Source of the DNA: the human T2T-CHM13v2.0 reference genome, Homo sapiens | NCBI RefSeq assembly: GCF_009914755.1 | Contig: NC_060930.1 | Length of the DNA stretch: 64,000 nt | Strand: one strand, 5' to 3' | Shown here: positions 1 to 13,005 of the stretch, one piece after another | Layout: every line of letters starts with the position of its first letter | How positions within the stretch are numbered: position 1 is the first letter of the stretch | Translations under genes and position numbers: made by a program | The notes under the pieces: model-generated | Told to the model about the DNA's origin: nothing | What the model saw: only the letters and a program-made list of their open reading frames with translations | Database searches by the model: none

Positions 1-679
1 ATCTGAATGAATACTGATCAATCCAATTAATACCTGGGAAACTAAAATTAAATTAGTAAAATGCCTACTTGAGCTGGTTTATATAAGTTGGATAAGGTTA
101 TTTGGAATTCATCAATATCTGTTTTTCTTACAAATCATGCGCTTATTTTTAGTGTCTGTCCTTAGGCCACTGAAGAAATGGAAGTGGCCATGTGAATCGT
201 GAAGCATGCATTGAATGTATGCATGGGCAAGCGATTAGGAGAAACTGTCTTATTGTGGAAGGAAAGCACATGAAGTGCTTGTCAAACTTCATGAGACATT
301 GCACCTAGAATGGTAGAAGATGCTGGTATTAGGATTTTATTGGAGTAATTTCAAGTCACATACTTGATTGGCTCTAATTCAATGAGTCTGATCTATCATT
401 TAGTTTCCTTGGACTTGAGATAAATGACTTATGGTGTGTTCGAAGGTTTTGGTCATGGTTGTGCTTCCAAACATAAATAACACTGCATGGAAGCTTTTCT
501 TGAAGTTTGATTTTATATCACTTCATTCCTGAGCATTAACTAGATCTCTCTTACCCTTATGCTTAAAGCCTCCTTCTTCTGGGTTATGGATGATAAGACA
601 CATCACGATGGGAGGCCTGCTAGCTTCTGATCAGTTACTAAGAAAATTGATGTGTTTTAGTAGAAGGAGCATGGAGTTT

Positions 680-1100
680 CTTTCTCTTTGACTTAACTCA
701 GACTGGGCCCCTCTCAGTCCTCTTTCTGACAAGGCTCTAATCTTGGGCTCTGCCCTTGGTCCAGTTATTCCAGTTTTAGCAAGAAGCCTGCTGAGTCAGT
801 TTAGCAAAAATCCCCTACCCTCAGTCTGACCACCCTTGATACTGAATCACCCAGGCCTGCCTTCAGCAAAAATCCTGTGAGGTCACTTTAATACAATTGC
901 CCTTCCTCTTAGTAATTTTCCATCCTCTGATACCCTACCCTGCTCCTTGGCTATAAATCCCCACTTTTCCTTATTGTTTTTGGACCTGAGCCCAGTCTCT
1001 CTCTCCTTCTATAATACAAAGCCCCATTGTGGTAGTCCTTCTTGGATGAAGTCTTCCTTACCATCTTTAATAAGTGTCACCAATAATTTTTCCTTTAATA
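680..1100 (+). mobile_element. MER31-family solo LTR (ERV1)
   Basis: Matches recalled MER31 motifs (CCAGTTTTAGCAAGAA..CCTGCTGAGTCAGTTTAGC, CCCTGCTCCTTGGCTATAAATCCCCAC TATA box, AAGTCTTCCTTACC, TAATTTTTCCTTTAATA end). Confidence 0.8.
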
Positions 1101-1164
1101 AAAGCAAGGCATATTTCCACGGTGAGGCTGCCAGCTTCTGATTAGTTACTGAGAAAATCAGTGT

Positions 1165-1350
1165 GTTTTAGTAGAAAGAACATAAAGTTTGTGGTTCTAA
1201 GAACTGAACATACAAACTTTTCAATTAGGCAAGTCACTTAACTAGAGCTTCAGGTTTCTTGTGCGTAAATTTGGGCTAATGGTAACATTCTTCCAGGTTT
1301 TGTAAGGATTAAAGTCATGCATATAAAATTTCTTTGTAAACTGGGAAGTA
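1165..1350 (+). mobile_element. MIR SINE, degraded
   Basis: GGCAAGTCACTTAAC...TTGTAAGGATTAAA MIR core. Confidence 0.6.
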
Positions 1351-1602
1351 AGTCATACATTTTTGTTACTGTTAGTTAAAGCACTTTAACTTGCTTATCA
1401 CTCATAGACATTTACAGATCACATACTTCAAGATAAAATACGTTGCTTAAAGTCAACTAATGCAATACCCAAATTAAATTTAAACGTAACCCTCAATATT
1501 TCAAATACTTGAACACATTATTGAATTATATGTTATAGAAGCAAGAAAAAGAATCAACCTATTGGTGAAATGTGAGATGCAGGGTTACAGTTCGTTTCTC
1601 TC

Positions 1603-1900
1603 TTTTTTTTTTTTTTTTGAGATGGAGTCTCCCTCTGTCGTCTGGGCTGAAGTATGGTGGTGCGATCTCGGCTCACTGCAACCTCTGCCTCCTAGGTTCA
1701 AGCAATTCTCCTGTCTTAGCCTCCTGAATAGCTGGGATTACAGGCACACGCCATGACACTCAGTTAATTTTTGTATTTTTAGTAGAGATGGGGTTTCACC
1801 ATGTTGGTCAGGCTGGTCTTGAACTCCTGACCCCAGGTGATCCACCTGCCTTAGCCTCTCAAAGTGCTGGGATTACAGGAGGGAGCCACCACGCCAGGCC
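1603..1900 (-). mobile_element. Alu, S-type (Sx/Sz-like), full length
   Basis: polyT then GAGATGGAGTCT...CCAGGCC; flanks TACAGTTCGTTTCT / TAGAGTTTGTTTCT (degraded TSD). Confidence 0.95.
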
Positions 1901-3486
1901 TAGAGTTTGTTTCTACATCTTGACAAAATAGTTGCTAAATCCAGGAAGGCCCAAGGAGAGGAGTCATCTCACTGTGAGCACCTTTTTTGGAAATGGCACA
2001 AAATGCTCAGAATTTATATAGTTTTATAAAAGCTTAATGATTTAAAACTTTGCCATAGTTGATAAACAGCCATATTTATAGACTTCTCCTCTGGCATTTA
2101 ACCTATTTCCTTTTTCCTCCCCCCTGCAAAAGAAGATATTTAGTGGTTTTTAAGAGGTTCCCCTGGTTGAAATCTTCTGTACAATACTTGCTTAATGAGC
2201 TCATTAACAACTGTTACTGAGAATTAATGAATCAAATCACAGTGGTAATCACCATATTGCAAATCACTGTGTTGTATTAGGTTATGATGGAGCCATACAT
2301 TTTACAGTGATGACTTTCATACAATGAAGGCATCTGAACAGATTGTATCTTAGGTCTCATTGAAAGAACTTGATCATGTTTGGGGTATAGGAAAGCTTTT
2401 TGGAATTCCCTAAGCAGGAAGCAACAAAAGATTCTATTAGTAGAATATTATTCCATTATGCACATAGAGCATTTTGATTTTAAGTAATTATTCAGAGTGC
2501 TTTTGAAATCTATGTGAGTTTTATGTATTTGTCATAATCCAAACATATAGAAATCTCGCCATCTAATCAGGCATCTGCTTTAACATGATTTGCAGCAGAA
2601 TAGCGAATAAAACATAAATGGCTACTGCAAGGGGATTTTTGTTTTCAGAATTGGCTGTACTGCCAGATAGCTTTCAGTTCAGAATATTTAAAAAAATCAA
2701 TTTTTGCATTTAAGATAGTTCCTGAACTTTTAGTCTTGAGTTTCGAATTCTGTTAGAGAGTGCTCTAATAACGATGAGTTATCTCAATAAAACTGTTATA
2801 AAAATGAATTGATGATTATGATTCTGTTATATAAGCAGCAAATAATGTGTTGCCATATGCTAATATTGAAATTATAGGTATAAATAATTATCTGGTGTAG
2901 TAGATTTTTAAAATATATAGTTAAAAAAAGAATTACTCATTAGCCTTATTAAGTTACAACATTTTTCTTTTGCTATATAGCTTCATGGTTCAAGCATTTA
3001 AGAAGGTAATTCAAAATGATTTATTGGTTTCATATGGGAAAAATGGCTGATTGAATTAAAATATTTTTCCTTAATTAATGTACACAAACCAGGTATGCAG
3101 GTTAAATGGTGTTATATAAAGGAATTTTATCAAATTCAGAATATTTTAAGCAAATTTAACATTTATAATTTATTCTAATAAACAAATACTATTATATAAT
3201 AACAACTGCACAGAACGCTGGATCTCAACTTGAATTTACTGGGAAAGACCCAAGTACAAAAAAGTTTTCCAATTGAAGGTTAATTCATTTTAGTGGCTAA
3301 AATTCTTATCTGCACAGGTTTTTAAACAACTATGCTTTTATATAGATACAAATATTACTTCTAGGAATATGTTCAGTATTATTTGATTTAATTTATTGTG
3401 AATATGTGTCAGTTTTTCTCCATCTTTACTCAACACAAATTAACTTAGCCACTGCCTTCTAAACACACTGTGGATATCTTTTCCAG

Positions 3487-3730
3487 GGAGCAGAGTGTAG
3501 AAGATGGGTAGAGGTTATGGAGTCACATTACTGGAATTCAAATGCCAGTTCTACCATTTACTTCCTGTGTAACCCAGGGCAAGTTAATGAATTTCTCTAT
3601 GCCTCAGTTTCTTCACCTACAAAGAATTAGACTTTTTCTCAGTGAGATTTATGTAGAGAAAATGAGCCAATATAGATTTACTGTTTGAACATACTCAATG
3701 TTAAATAAGTGTTCAATAAATGCTAGTTGT
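3487..3730 (+). mobile_element. MIR SINE
   Basis: GGAGTCAC...TTCAAATGCCAGTTCTACCATTTAC...GGGCAAGTTA...GCCTCAGTTTCTTCACCT...TCAATAAATGCTAG. Confidence 0.8.
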
Positions 3731-3789
3731 AACAAAAGGAATGAGAAGCTAGTATATGGCAATATTATGCCTATTACATTGTTGCTAAT

Positions 3790-3930
3790 TCTTACAAGAA
3801 TGCTGTAAAGTAGGAAGTATCCCATTTGACAGATGTAGAAACTGAGTTTCAGAAAGAGTAATAATTTGTTCATAGTTGCTCACTGTCACAGGTGCTGAAA
3901 GTCAGAGCAGGGATTCAAAACAAGGTGCGT
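3790..3930 (-). mobile_element. MIR SINE fragment
   Basis: CCCATTTGACAGATGTAGAAACTGAG...CAGAGCAGGGATTCAAA (antisense MIR core). Confidence 0.75.
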
Positions 3931-3951
3931 TCAAAGTTTCTTCACTTTCTT

Positions 3952-4018
3952 CTAGTGGTTTTGAACTCTGGCTGCATATTAGAATCATCTGGAGAGATTT
4001 TAAAAGCAACTGATGCAA
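3952..4018. mobile_element. MER5A (hAT-Charlie) left half
   Basis: CTAGTGGTTTTGAACTCTGGCTGCATATTAGAATCATCTGGAGAGATTTTAAAA resembles the MER5A terminus. Confidence 0.75.
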
Positions 4019-4237
4019 GCTTATGGTTTCAGCTCCAACATGGAAAGAGCTTGGATAATACCACTCCAATCTTAACAACAAGCAAAATCTGAATAAACCA
4101 AAAGTCAATGACTTTCTCGAGGTTACAGGGCAAACCATCACCCTGAAATCTGGAGAGACAGGCAAATCCAGTGAGTTGCAGCTAAGATCCACTTACCTGA
4201 AGCAGAAGCACTTGGAGCCCATAAATGTCAGGAATGC

Positions 4238-4635
4238 TGCTATGATTTGAATGTGTCCCCCAAAGTTTATGTGTTGAAAACTCACTACCCAATGCCACAG
4301 TGTTAAAAGGTAGGACCTTTAAAAGGTGATTAAATCATGAGGGCTCTGCCCTCAAGAATGAATTAATGTCAGTATCTTGGGAATGGGTTCATTATCATGA
4401 GAGTGGGTTTATTATAAAAGTGAGTTCAGCCCTCTCTTGTCTTTCTCTCTGTCTTGCACACTCTCCTGCCCATATGCCTTCCACTATGAAATAATGCAAC
4501 AAGAAGGCCCCCACGAGATGTGGACCCCCTTGACCTTGAACTTTCCAGCCTCCAGAACTGTAAGAAATACATCTGTTTCTTGTAAGTTACCCAGACTTAG
4601 GTATTCTATTATAGTAGCACAAATAGACTGAGACA
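4238..4635 (+). mobile_element. MST (MSTC/MSTD-like) MaLR solo LTR
   Basis: TGCTATGATTTGAATGTGTCCCC...GACTGAGACA with perfect 5-bp TSD AATGC (4233-4237/4636-4640). Confidence 0.92.
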
Positions 4636-5616
4636 AATGCTTCAATAGTAATTTTGATGAATTGCTGGCATGAAAGTGAGACACTCCTGGGGCTGCAGTT
4701 TTGGGTGGGAGGCTTTCACAAATTCTTCACAAGCTTCACCAGGTGAGGAGCAGAGAAAGATTTCCTCCTTGTTCTTGCAAAGGAAGGGAAGAGTAATCAT
4801 CCTGAAATGCGCTTGGGGCATTCTCTGTATCAAAAACCTACTGGAGGAGGGTTTTATAAGAGCCTTATACTACTTGGAGGAAGAGAATTTCTTCCACTCC
4901 AACCCCATTTAGCCTTCCTATTTTATCTAAAAGGGATAGAGTGGGTGGAGAACACTTGTGAAGGTCATAACCCAGGGAAACAGGCCCACTAAAAGATTGA
5001 GACTTAGTCAGAAGATTATAGAGCCCCTCCCTTTCCCCATCACATCAATAGAACAGTACTATAATCCCAGTGGATTATGGCTGAAACCGGTCAAAGGTGC
5101 AGATTTTCTCTGAAGAGGAGTACTTAGGTTAGACCAAAGTCAACAGGTTAGACAAAAACAAGGACACTAATTTGAAGCCATGGCATCTATAACTACAGCA
5201 AACAACACAGCCCTAGCTCCTAGCCAGTTAACATAAAATCTCACACTAAAGGCCTATTTACCCCCATTTCTATTCAACAAATTGTTTATGGTTTTCAACA
5301 GAAATTACAAGGAAGCTAAAAGGCTGAAGAGATAAGGCAAATATCAGAACTAAACTCAGATATTACACAGATATTTGAATTATCAGACAGGGAATTAAAA
5401 ATAACTGTAATTAATAGGAACTCTAATGGAAAAAGTAAACAGCACGCAAGAACAGATGGATAATACAAGCAGAGAGATGGAAACTATAAGAAAGAATCAA
5501 AATGAAATTATAGGGGGAAAAAAACTAACAGAAATAAAAAAATGCACCTAATGGTGCATTTTAATGAATAGACAGTGGACAGCCCAGTGAAAGAATCAGT
5601 GAGCTTGATGACAGGG

Positions 5617-6242
5617 TGTGAGGTACTTGGATGTGCTTTAGTCAAGGAATAGGCTGAGGTGGATATCCAGGCCTGCATGACTCAGCGAGTTTAGAGCGCA
5701 GGTGTATAACTCCACCTGTTATCATAGCCATGCAGCCATAACATGAGAAGGCCATCCCTTGGCCTGGAGCCACTGTTGTCTGTAAAATGTATAACTGTCC
5801 TGCTGACGCTGTGCATGGGGCTTGGCTCTTGGGGCTTGGCTTGGCTCGACTCAACATGGCTTGACATGGCAGGCATGTTGGCGCCCAGAGAAAGATAGAG
5901 AGCCAAAGCTGTCCATTTTGCAGATGGACAGGAGGGAGACAGGACAAGCTCAGCTTGCTCATGGCCAGAGAAAGAGCTAAGCTGCTGGCCCTGGAGGCAG
6001 GGGAGAGTTGGCCATGCAGCTTCAGGTATGGAAATGGCAGGAGCCAAGATAATAGCCGAGATAAAGGTAGACAGTATAAGAAAACTGCTCATGGAAAGCT
6101 AATTTGAGAAAGCTGTGTAAGAGAGCTGCTGCTGAATGAAACCATATTCACCTGCCTATGGTCTCCCAAGTGTTCTTTCTGCCCATCCAGCCACTCCTCT
6201 CAGACTTTAGCATGGGCTGGAGCTGAACCCCAGGATCTGACA
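5617..6242 (+). mobile_element. LTR18B-like ERVL solo LTR
   Basis: TGTGAGGTACTTGGATGTGCTTTAGTCAAGGAATAGGC...GATCTGACA; TG..CA ends; TSD CAGGG/CAGGC. Confidence 0.85.
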
Positions 6243-7455
6243 CAGGCTAATATAAATTTCCAAAAATGAAATTTAAAGAGAAGAAAAGAGTAAAAAATCA
6301 GAACAGGCATCCAAGAACTGCAAGACAATTTCAAAAGGTATATCAGATGCATAATTGGAATCTAGAAGGAAAACAAAGAGAACACAGGGAGAAAATATTT
6401 TAAATAATAATGGTCAAGAATTTTGCAAAATTGATGACAAACACCAAACCACAGATTTAGAAAGTTAAGAGAACACAAAGCAGGGTAAATAGCATCCCCT
6501 AAAAAGCAAACAACCAATCCACCCTCACCAAACTTACCTCTGGGTATATAATATTCAATCTGCAAAAAACAAGCAACAAAGAGAATTTTGCCAGAAGGAA
6601 AAAATACCTTACCTATAGTGGAACAAAAATATGAATTACAGCAGACTTCTAGTCAGAAACTGCCAAAGAATGAAGAAAGGGGAGTAAAATAATCAAACTC
6701 TTGAGAGAAACAAAACATCAATTTAGAAGTCTATATCCAGTGAAAATATTCTTCAAAAGTGAAAGAGGAAAAAAAAAAGACGTTGCCAGACAAATGAAAA
6801 CTGAGAGAATTCATTGCCAGCAGAACTGCTTAGCAGAAATGTTAAAAGAAGTTAGTTATTCAGGAAGAACTATAAAGAAAGGAAGGATGTTGGAGAAGGA
6901 ATACATGAAGGTAAAATAATTTCTAAAAATTTTTCTTATTCTTAATTGATTTAAAAGATAACTGTTTGTTTAAAGTAGTAATAGTTAACAATGTATTGGA
7001 TGATTATAGCATAGGTATAAGGGAAATGAATGGCCAAAGTGTCACAAATGATGGAAGGGAGGAATTGGGAATACTATTATAAGGTCCCTGCATTGCACAG
7101 AATGTGGTATAGTGTTGTTTGAAAGTCAACTTGGATTAGTTAAAAAATACGTATTGTAAACTCTAGGGCAACTACTCAATAAAATTTTTAAAAGTGTAAC
7201 TGATATGCTACAGAGGAAATAAAATGTAATCATAAAATGCCTGATGAAAATTAGAGAAAGTAAATAAAAAGATGAAAAAAAGAATAAGTGAACAGAAAAA
7301 TTATGAACATGATAGATATTAATTTATCCATACCAATAATTATTTGAAATGTGAATGGTTTAACATACTAACACAAAGAGAGACATTGTTTGAGTATATA
7401 AAAAGAATAAAAAGACTCCACTATATTTTGTCTACAAGAAACACGTTTCTCAGAC

Positions 7456-9200
<1,745 letters not shown>

Positions 9201-9202
9201 TC

Positions 9203-9273
9203 AACAAGTAGCTGGGGTGCTGCCTTGTGGATCTTATTTCCCCAAATGATTTTGATTGTCTCAAAATCACTAG
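9203..9273. mobile_element. MER5A right half (degraded)
   Basis: CTGGGGTG...CCCCAAATGATTTTGAT...TCAAAATCACTAG; the last 13 nt are a 12/13 inverted match to CTAGTGGTTTTGA at 3952. Confidence 0.55.
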
Positions 9274-9726
9274 ATTTTTGCCTACAGCCTCCATGGGCTT
9301 ATAGGCCTGTGGACTGGAATTTTAGCTCCACCCTTGCAGACTCTCTCCTCTGGCTGTCATTAATAGGGTTATGTAGGCTGAGACCCAGAATTTATCACAT
9401 GTAGCTAGAAAGACATCTGTATCTGTGTCAGCATATATTTTTTCATTGTACACCTGTCATATTATAGTTCTACTACCTGATTTTTTGATATGCTGACTTA
9501 AGGACTTAACCAGTGTTTTTTGCCTTGTTTCTGAGAGAATATTTTGCCCAAGTTCCAACAGATTTCCAAATTAACTTTGAAACACAGCCCCATTGTAAAC
9601 TAGAAACTCTCTGTACTTACCAACCCCAAACTATACAAAGAACATGAGGCAAATATATGACCCAATATTCAAAATGAGAAAATATTCCATTGGTGAGTCA
9701 TGTGCCTCTGTGAGGTGGCCACCTAC

Positions 9727-10036
9727 CTGCATGAGCACCGTGACTGGGAAATGTAGCAGGAAACGGAGTCCTTCAAGGACACTTTGAGGCAGTCTCAGAA
9801 GTGCAGAGTAGCTGTCATTAACTGGGAGGCAACCCAAGCGGACGGGCAGTGCTTGTACCCAGCAATCACCCATAGGGTGGCTCGGTACCCACAATAGCAT
9901 CACGCTGATCGTGCAGCAAGAATGAAGAGCCACAAGTGACTGGGAGTGGCAACAGCCCTTAACCAAACAACCGACAATACCCAAATCAGTATGAGGGGTG
10001 GCAGGTCATGGGGAATCTTCAGAAACCATTCCTTAT
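9727..10036 (-). ncRNA. Candidate non-coding exon (310 nt)
   Basis: Minus-strand acceptor gttatttcttcctag| and donor CAG|gtaggt; alternative donor TTG|gtaagt near 9621; unique, CpG-containing DNA. Confidence 0.3.
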
Positions 10037-11077
10037 CTAGGAAGAAATAACATCAGCCACTCACTGGCTTCTCTGTGTAAAAGATGACTTTATGCACTAT
10101 GATTTTTTTTTTAAAAGGATAATTTAGGATCCACTGCCCCTTTCGTAGCTATGCAAGTTATAAATTACAGTGTTAGAAAATGCAGCCGTTTTCATTCCCA
10201 GTGGGTCTTGTTCTTTGTGTGTATATTTATCGAATTGTCTGATTCACTTAAGTTTGTAACTACAGGGTCTTGCTCTGGGTTTTAAAAATGAATAGCTCTA
10301 AAAAGATAAAGCAACAATCAACTCTTTAAAACCCAGATTTGCCCTGCTTGGAGTAATATAAGGATAGCCGCATGATTATGCAAAACAGCACTGACCTAGA
10401 GACAAAAGACCTCGGTGACTCCCTATAGCAACGGGAATTGTGATTTTTCTCTTTGCTTTGAGTGGTGCCCAGTCAGTCAGGGAATACCTGTTCCAGGTGC
10501 TCTTGATCTCCTGGGCCTTGTGCAAAAGTGAGATGACAGGGGTCTATTTTGGATGATAAGTAGATAAGGGTTATAAATTCACCTTGAGAAACAATAAAAA
10601 TAGCTCATCTGAATCTTTATTTATTTATCTCTTACAATTAGAGAAAGTTAACCTACTTTATATGATGCAATCTTCTTTCCTGTTCAGGCATTAGGATGAC
10701 TGATAAACCTCAAAAAATCACCAATCTTCTTCTATTATTATTAAATCTGCCTCCGTCTGTGCTAAAAATCATTACAGCAGTCTTCTGAGGGAAGAGGCCA
10801 TACAAGCTTTGCAACTAAGGCCCAACTTGATATTTACAATAAAGCCCCCTGCACCATCCAAATTCCTGAACAGCTGCCACATCATCCTACTTTTCATTTG
10901 TGAATTACAAGCTAATAACATAAATTCAATCTAACATTTACAGACTGCATATAAAGGATGCCTACAAAACTGGGCTGCAATAAAACAAGAATCTTAGTAA
11001 ACGCCATGAATTTGGTCATCACTGGGCCTCTCAAAATAGCCAGCTAGTTGGGTTATTTGCTGGCTTGCGGCTGCACG

Positions 11078-11300
11078 TGTTTATTGAGCATCTGTTATGT
11101 GCCAAGCACTTGCCAGAGTCTTGGAATTGTCTTAGAACAGACATGGTCTCTCGCCTCTTACAGGTGATTTATGGGTGATGAGAGAGAAGCCTGCAGGCAG
11201 TTGGGGTGCTGTCTGACATACGCTTTGAAAAAGTAAGATCAAGATATTCTAGAAGCACAAGGAAAGAGCACCACTCACTGTGTTGGTCAAGGAAGGCCTC
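11078..11300 (-). mobile_element. L2 3' fragment
   Basis: TTTATTGAGCATCTGTTATGTGCCAAGCAC...ACAGACATGGTCTCT. Confidence 0.7.
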
Positions 11301-11569
11301 TAGAGCCCAATGTGTCCTGGGAACTAGAATCAGTTCACCAGATTTCAGGTGCCTCAAACTCAACAGGAAGAATAATTATTCCCTGGGCTATGCCCCTAAA
11401 AACAAATCCTAGTGAAAAAACAAATAAGGTAAAGATGAGAGGGAGATCTCTCTGCCCTAATGTTCTAAGTTTTTATGAATCTATAATTATTTCAAAATAA
11501 AAAGTTAAAAAACACAAAGTAACACAAAAAGGTAATACTTAAGGAATATTCATGAAACAGCATATTGTC

Positions 11570-11742
11570 TAGGCCTGACTTCATGGCCCTGTGACCTGCA
11601 CAGTCCCATAGGGCCTTGCTTAGGAGGCTTTGGCAGTTGGTTTAATGCTCCGCTGCCACCATCTTGAAATTCTTGAGACTCTTAACAAGGGACCCACATA
11701 TGCGATTTGCACCAGACCTTGCAAATTATGTAGCTGGAACTG
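11570..11742. mobile_element. MER91A (hAT-Tip100) DNA transposon
   Basis: TTGGTTTAATGCTCCGCTGCCACCATCTTGAAATTCTT and GCAAATTATGTAGCTGG; degraded 8-bp TSD ATATTGTC/CTATTTTC. Confidence 0.85.
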
Positions 11743-12559
11743 CTATTTTCGTAAGTTTCTTGTGTTTATTTATTTATTTTTTTTAAAGAAAGGGGTATTT
11801 AATTAAGAAAGTTTCTTAGCAGGAGGCTTGAGGTATGGGAGAAGGGATGAAGAAAGAACTCAGCAAAGGGTGAGACTAGGTACCTAAAGCACACTTATTT
11901 TTTTTTTTTAATCTACTTCAGTTGTGTCTAGGGCTAACTCTTTTAGTGCAGAAATATTTAAAAAGAGACTAGGAAAAACTGTATTATTTCTCATAATGAT
12001 TACCTGTGGCTTGTTTTTGTAATACGTATTTTACCTTTATGGCTGCATAAAATGTTGTATGGTGATTGGATTATTAATAAGACGGAGATAACTATTCTAT
12101 TGTCCTGATCAGGGTCACATGCCTCTTTCTCATATTTTGTGTGTTGTTTCTTCTTAGAGATGGAAGTGATTTTGTACAAAGAGGAGGTACATAAGGAATG
12201 GGGAATAATGATGGGAGAAGTGAGGGGACGAGGGAGAAGAAGAGGAAAAGACAGAGACGGGGAGGGAGACAGAGAGGGAGATGAGGTCATTAGGACAACT
12301 TCTCAGTGAGAGTGACATTCGAGCATAGAACTGAATAAGGAAGCAAATTCTAAGTCCCTGAGAATAGAGCAGCAGAGAATTCAGCCTGCTTAGACATGGG
12401 AACATGTGCATGGATGGTGGGGAACGAGATCAGAGAAGTGTCACAAGAGACCAGAGGGACTATGGCTTTGTTTAATTTGAGTGTTGAGACATGAGGTTGT
12501 AGGTATGTATTTCTGAGTTATCAGCTCTAGTAAGATACATGCCTTCTCCCTAGAACTAG

Positions 12560-13005
12560 CAGGTCTTAAACCCTGGAGCCAGTAAATGTTACTTTCTAGG
12601 AAAAATAGTGTTTCTGCAGATGTGAATAAATTAAGGATCTTGAGATGAAGAGATTATCTGGGATTATTTTGGGAGACACTAAAGTCCATCACCAGTGTCC
12701 TTATAAGAGGCAGAGGAAGGTTCTCACTCACGGAAGAGGAGAAGGCAACGTGACCCCAGAGGCAGAGCTTGCAGTGATGCAGCCAGAAGCCAAGGAATGC
12801 TGATGACCCCAGAAGCTGAATGAAAAAGCAACAGCTTCTTCCCTAGTGCTTCCTTAGAGAGGGCAGCCCTACTGACACCTCGATTTCAGCCCAATGATAC
12901 TGACTTTGGACTTCTGGGCTCCATAACTGTAAGGGGATACGTTTCTGTTGGTTTAAGCCACCAAGTTTGTGGCAATCTGTGACAGCAGCATACAAAACCA
13001 ATGCA
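12560..13005 (+). mobile_element. MLT1C/MLT1D-type MaLR LTR
   Basis: GCAGATGTGAATAAATTAAGGATCTTGAGATG...AAGCCAAGGAATGC...TTTAAGCCACCAAGTTTGTGG...AATGCA. Confidence 0.88.

Larger units (their letters stand above)
4022..7444 (+). mobile_element. Ancient L1M (L1MD/L1MC-type): 5'UTR, decayed ORF1, inter-ORF and ORF2 start; interrupted by two LTRs
   Basis: 5' motif TTTCAGCTCCAACATGGAAAGAGCTTGG; ORF1-like A-rich sequence 5300-6850; ORF2 endonuclease start near 7320-7440; no intact ORF. Confidence 0.8.

Noticed and set aside
5642-6092. 106- and 133-aa minus-strand ORFs
   Set aside because: Lie within the LTR18B solo LTR; no gag/pol/env similarity
12180-12290. Purine-rich GA tract (similar at 20340-20410, 25530-25580, 36790-36860)
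   Set aside because: Ordinary low-complexity sequence with no clear long mirror repeat
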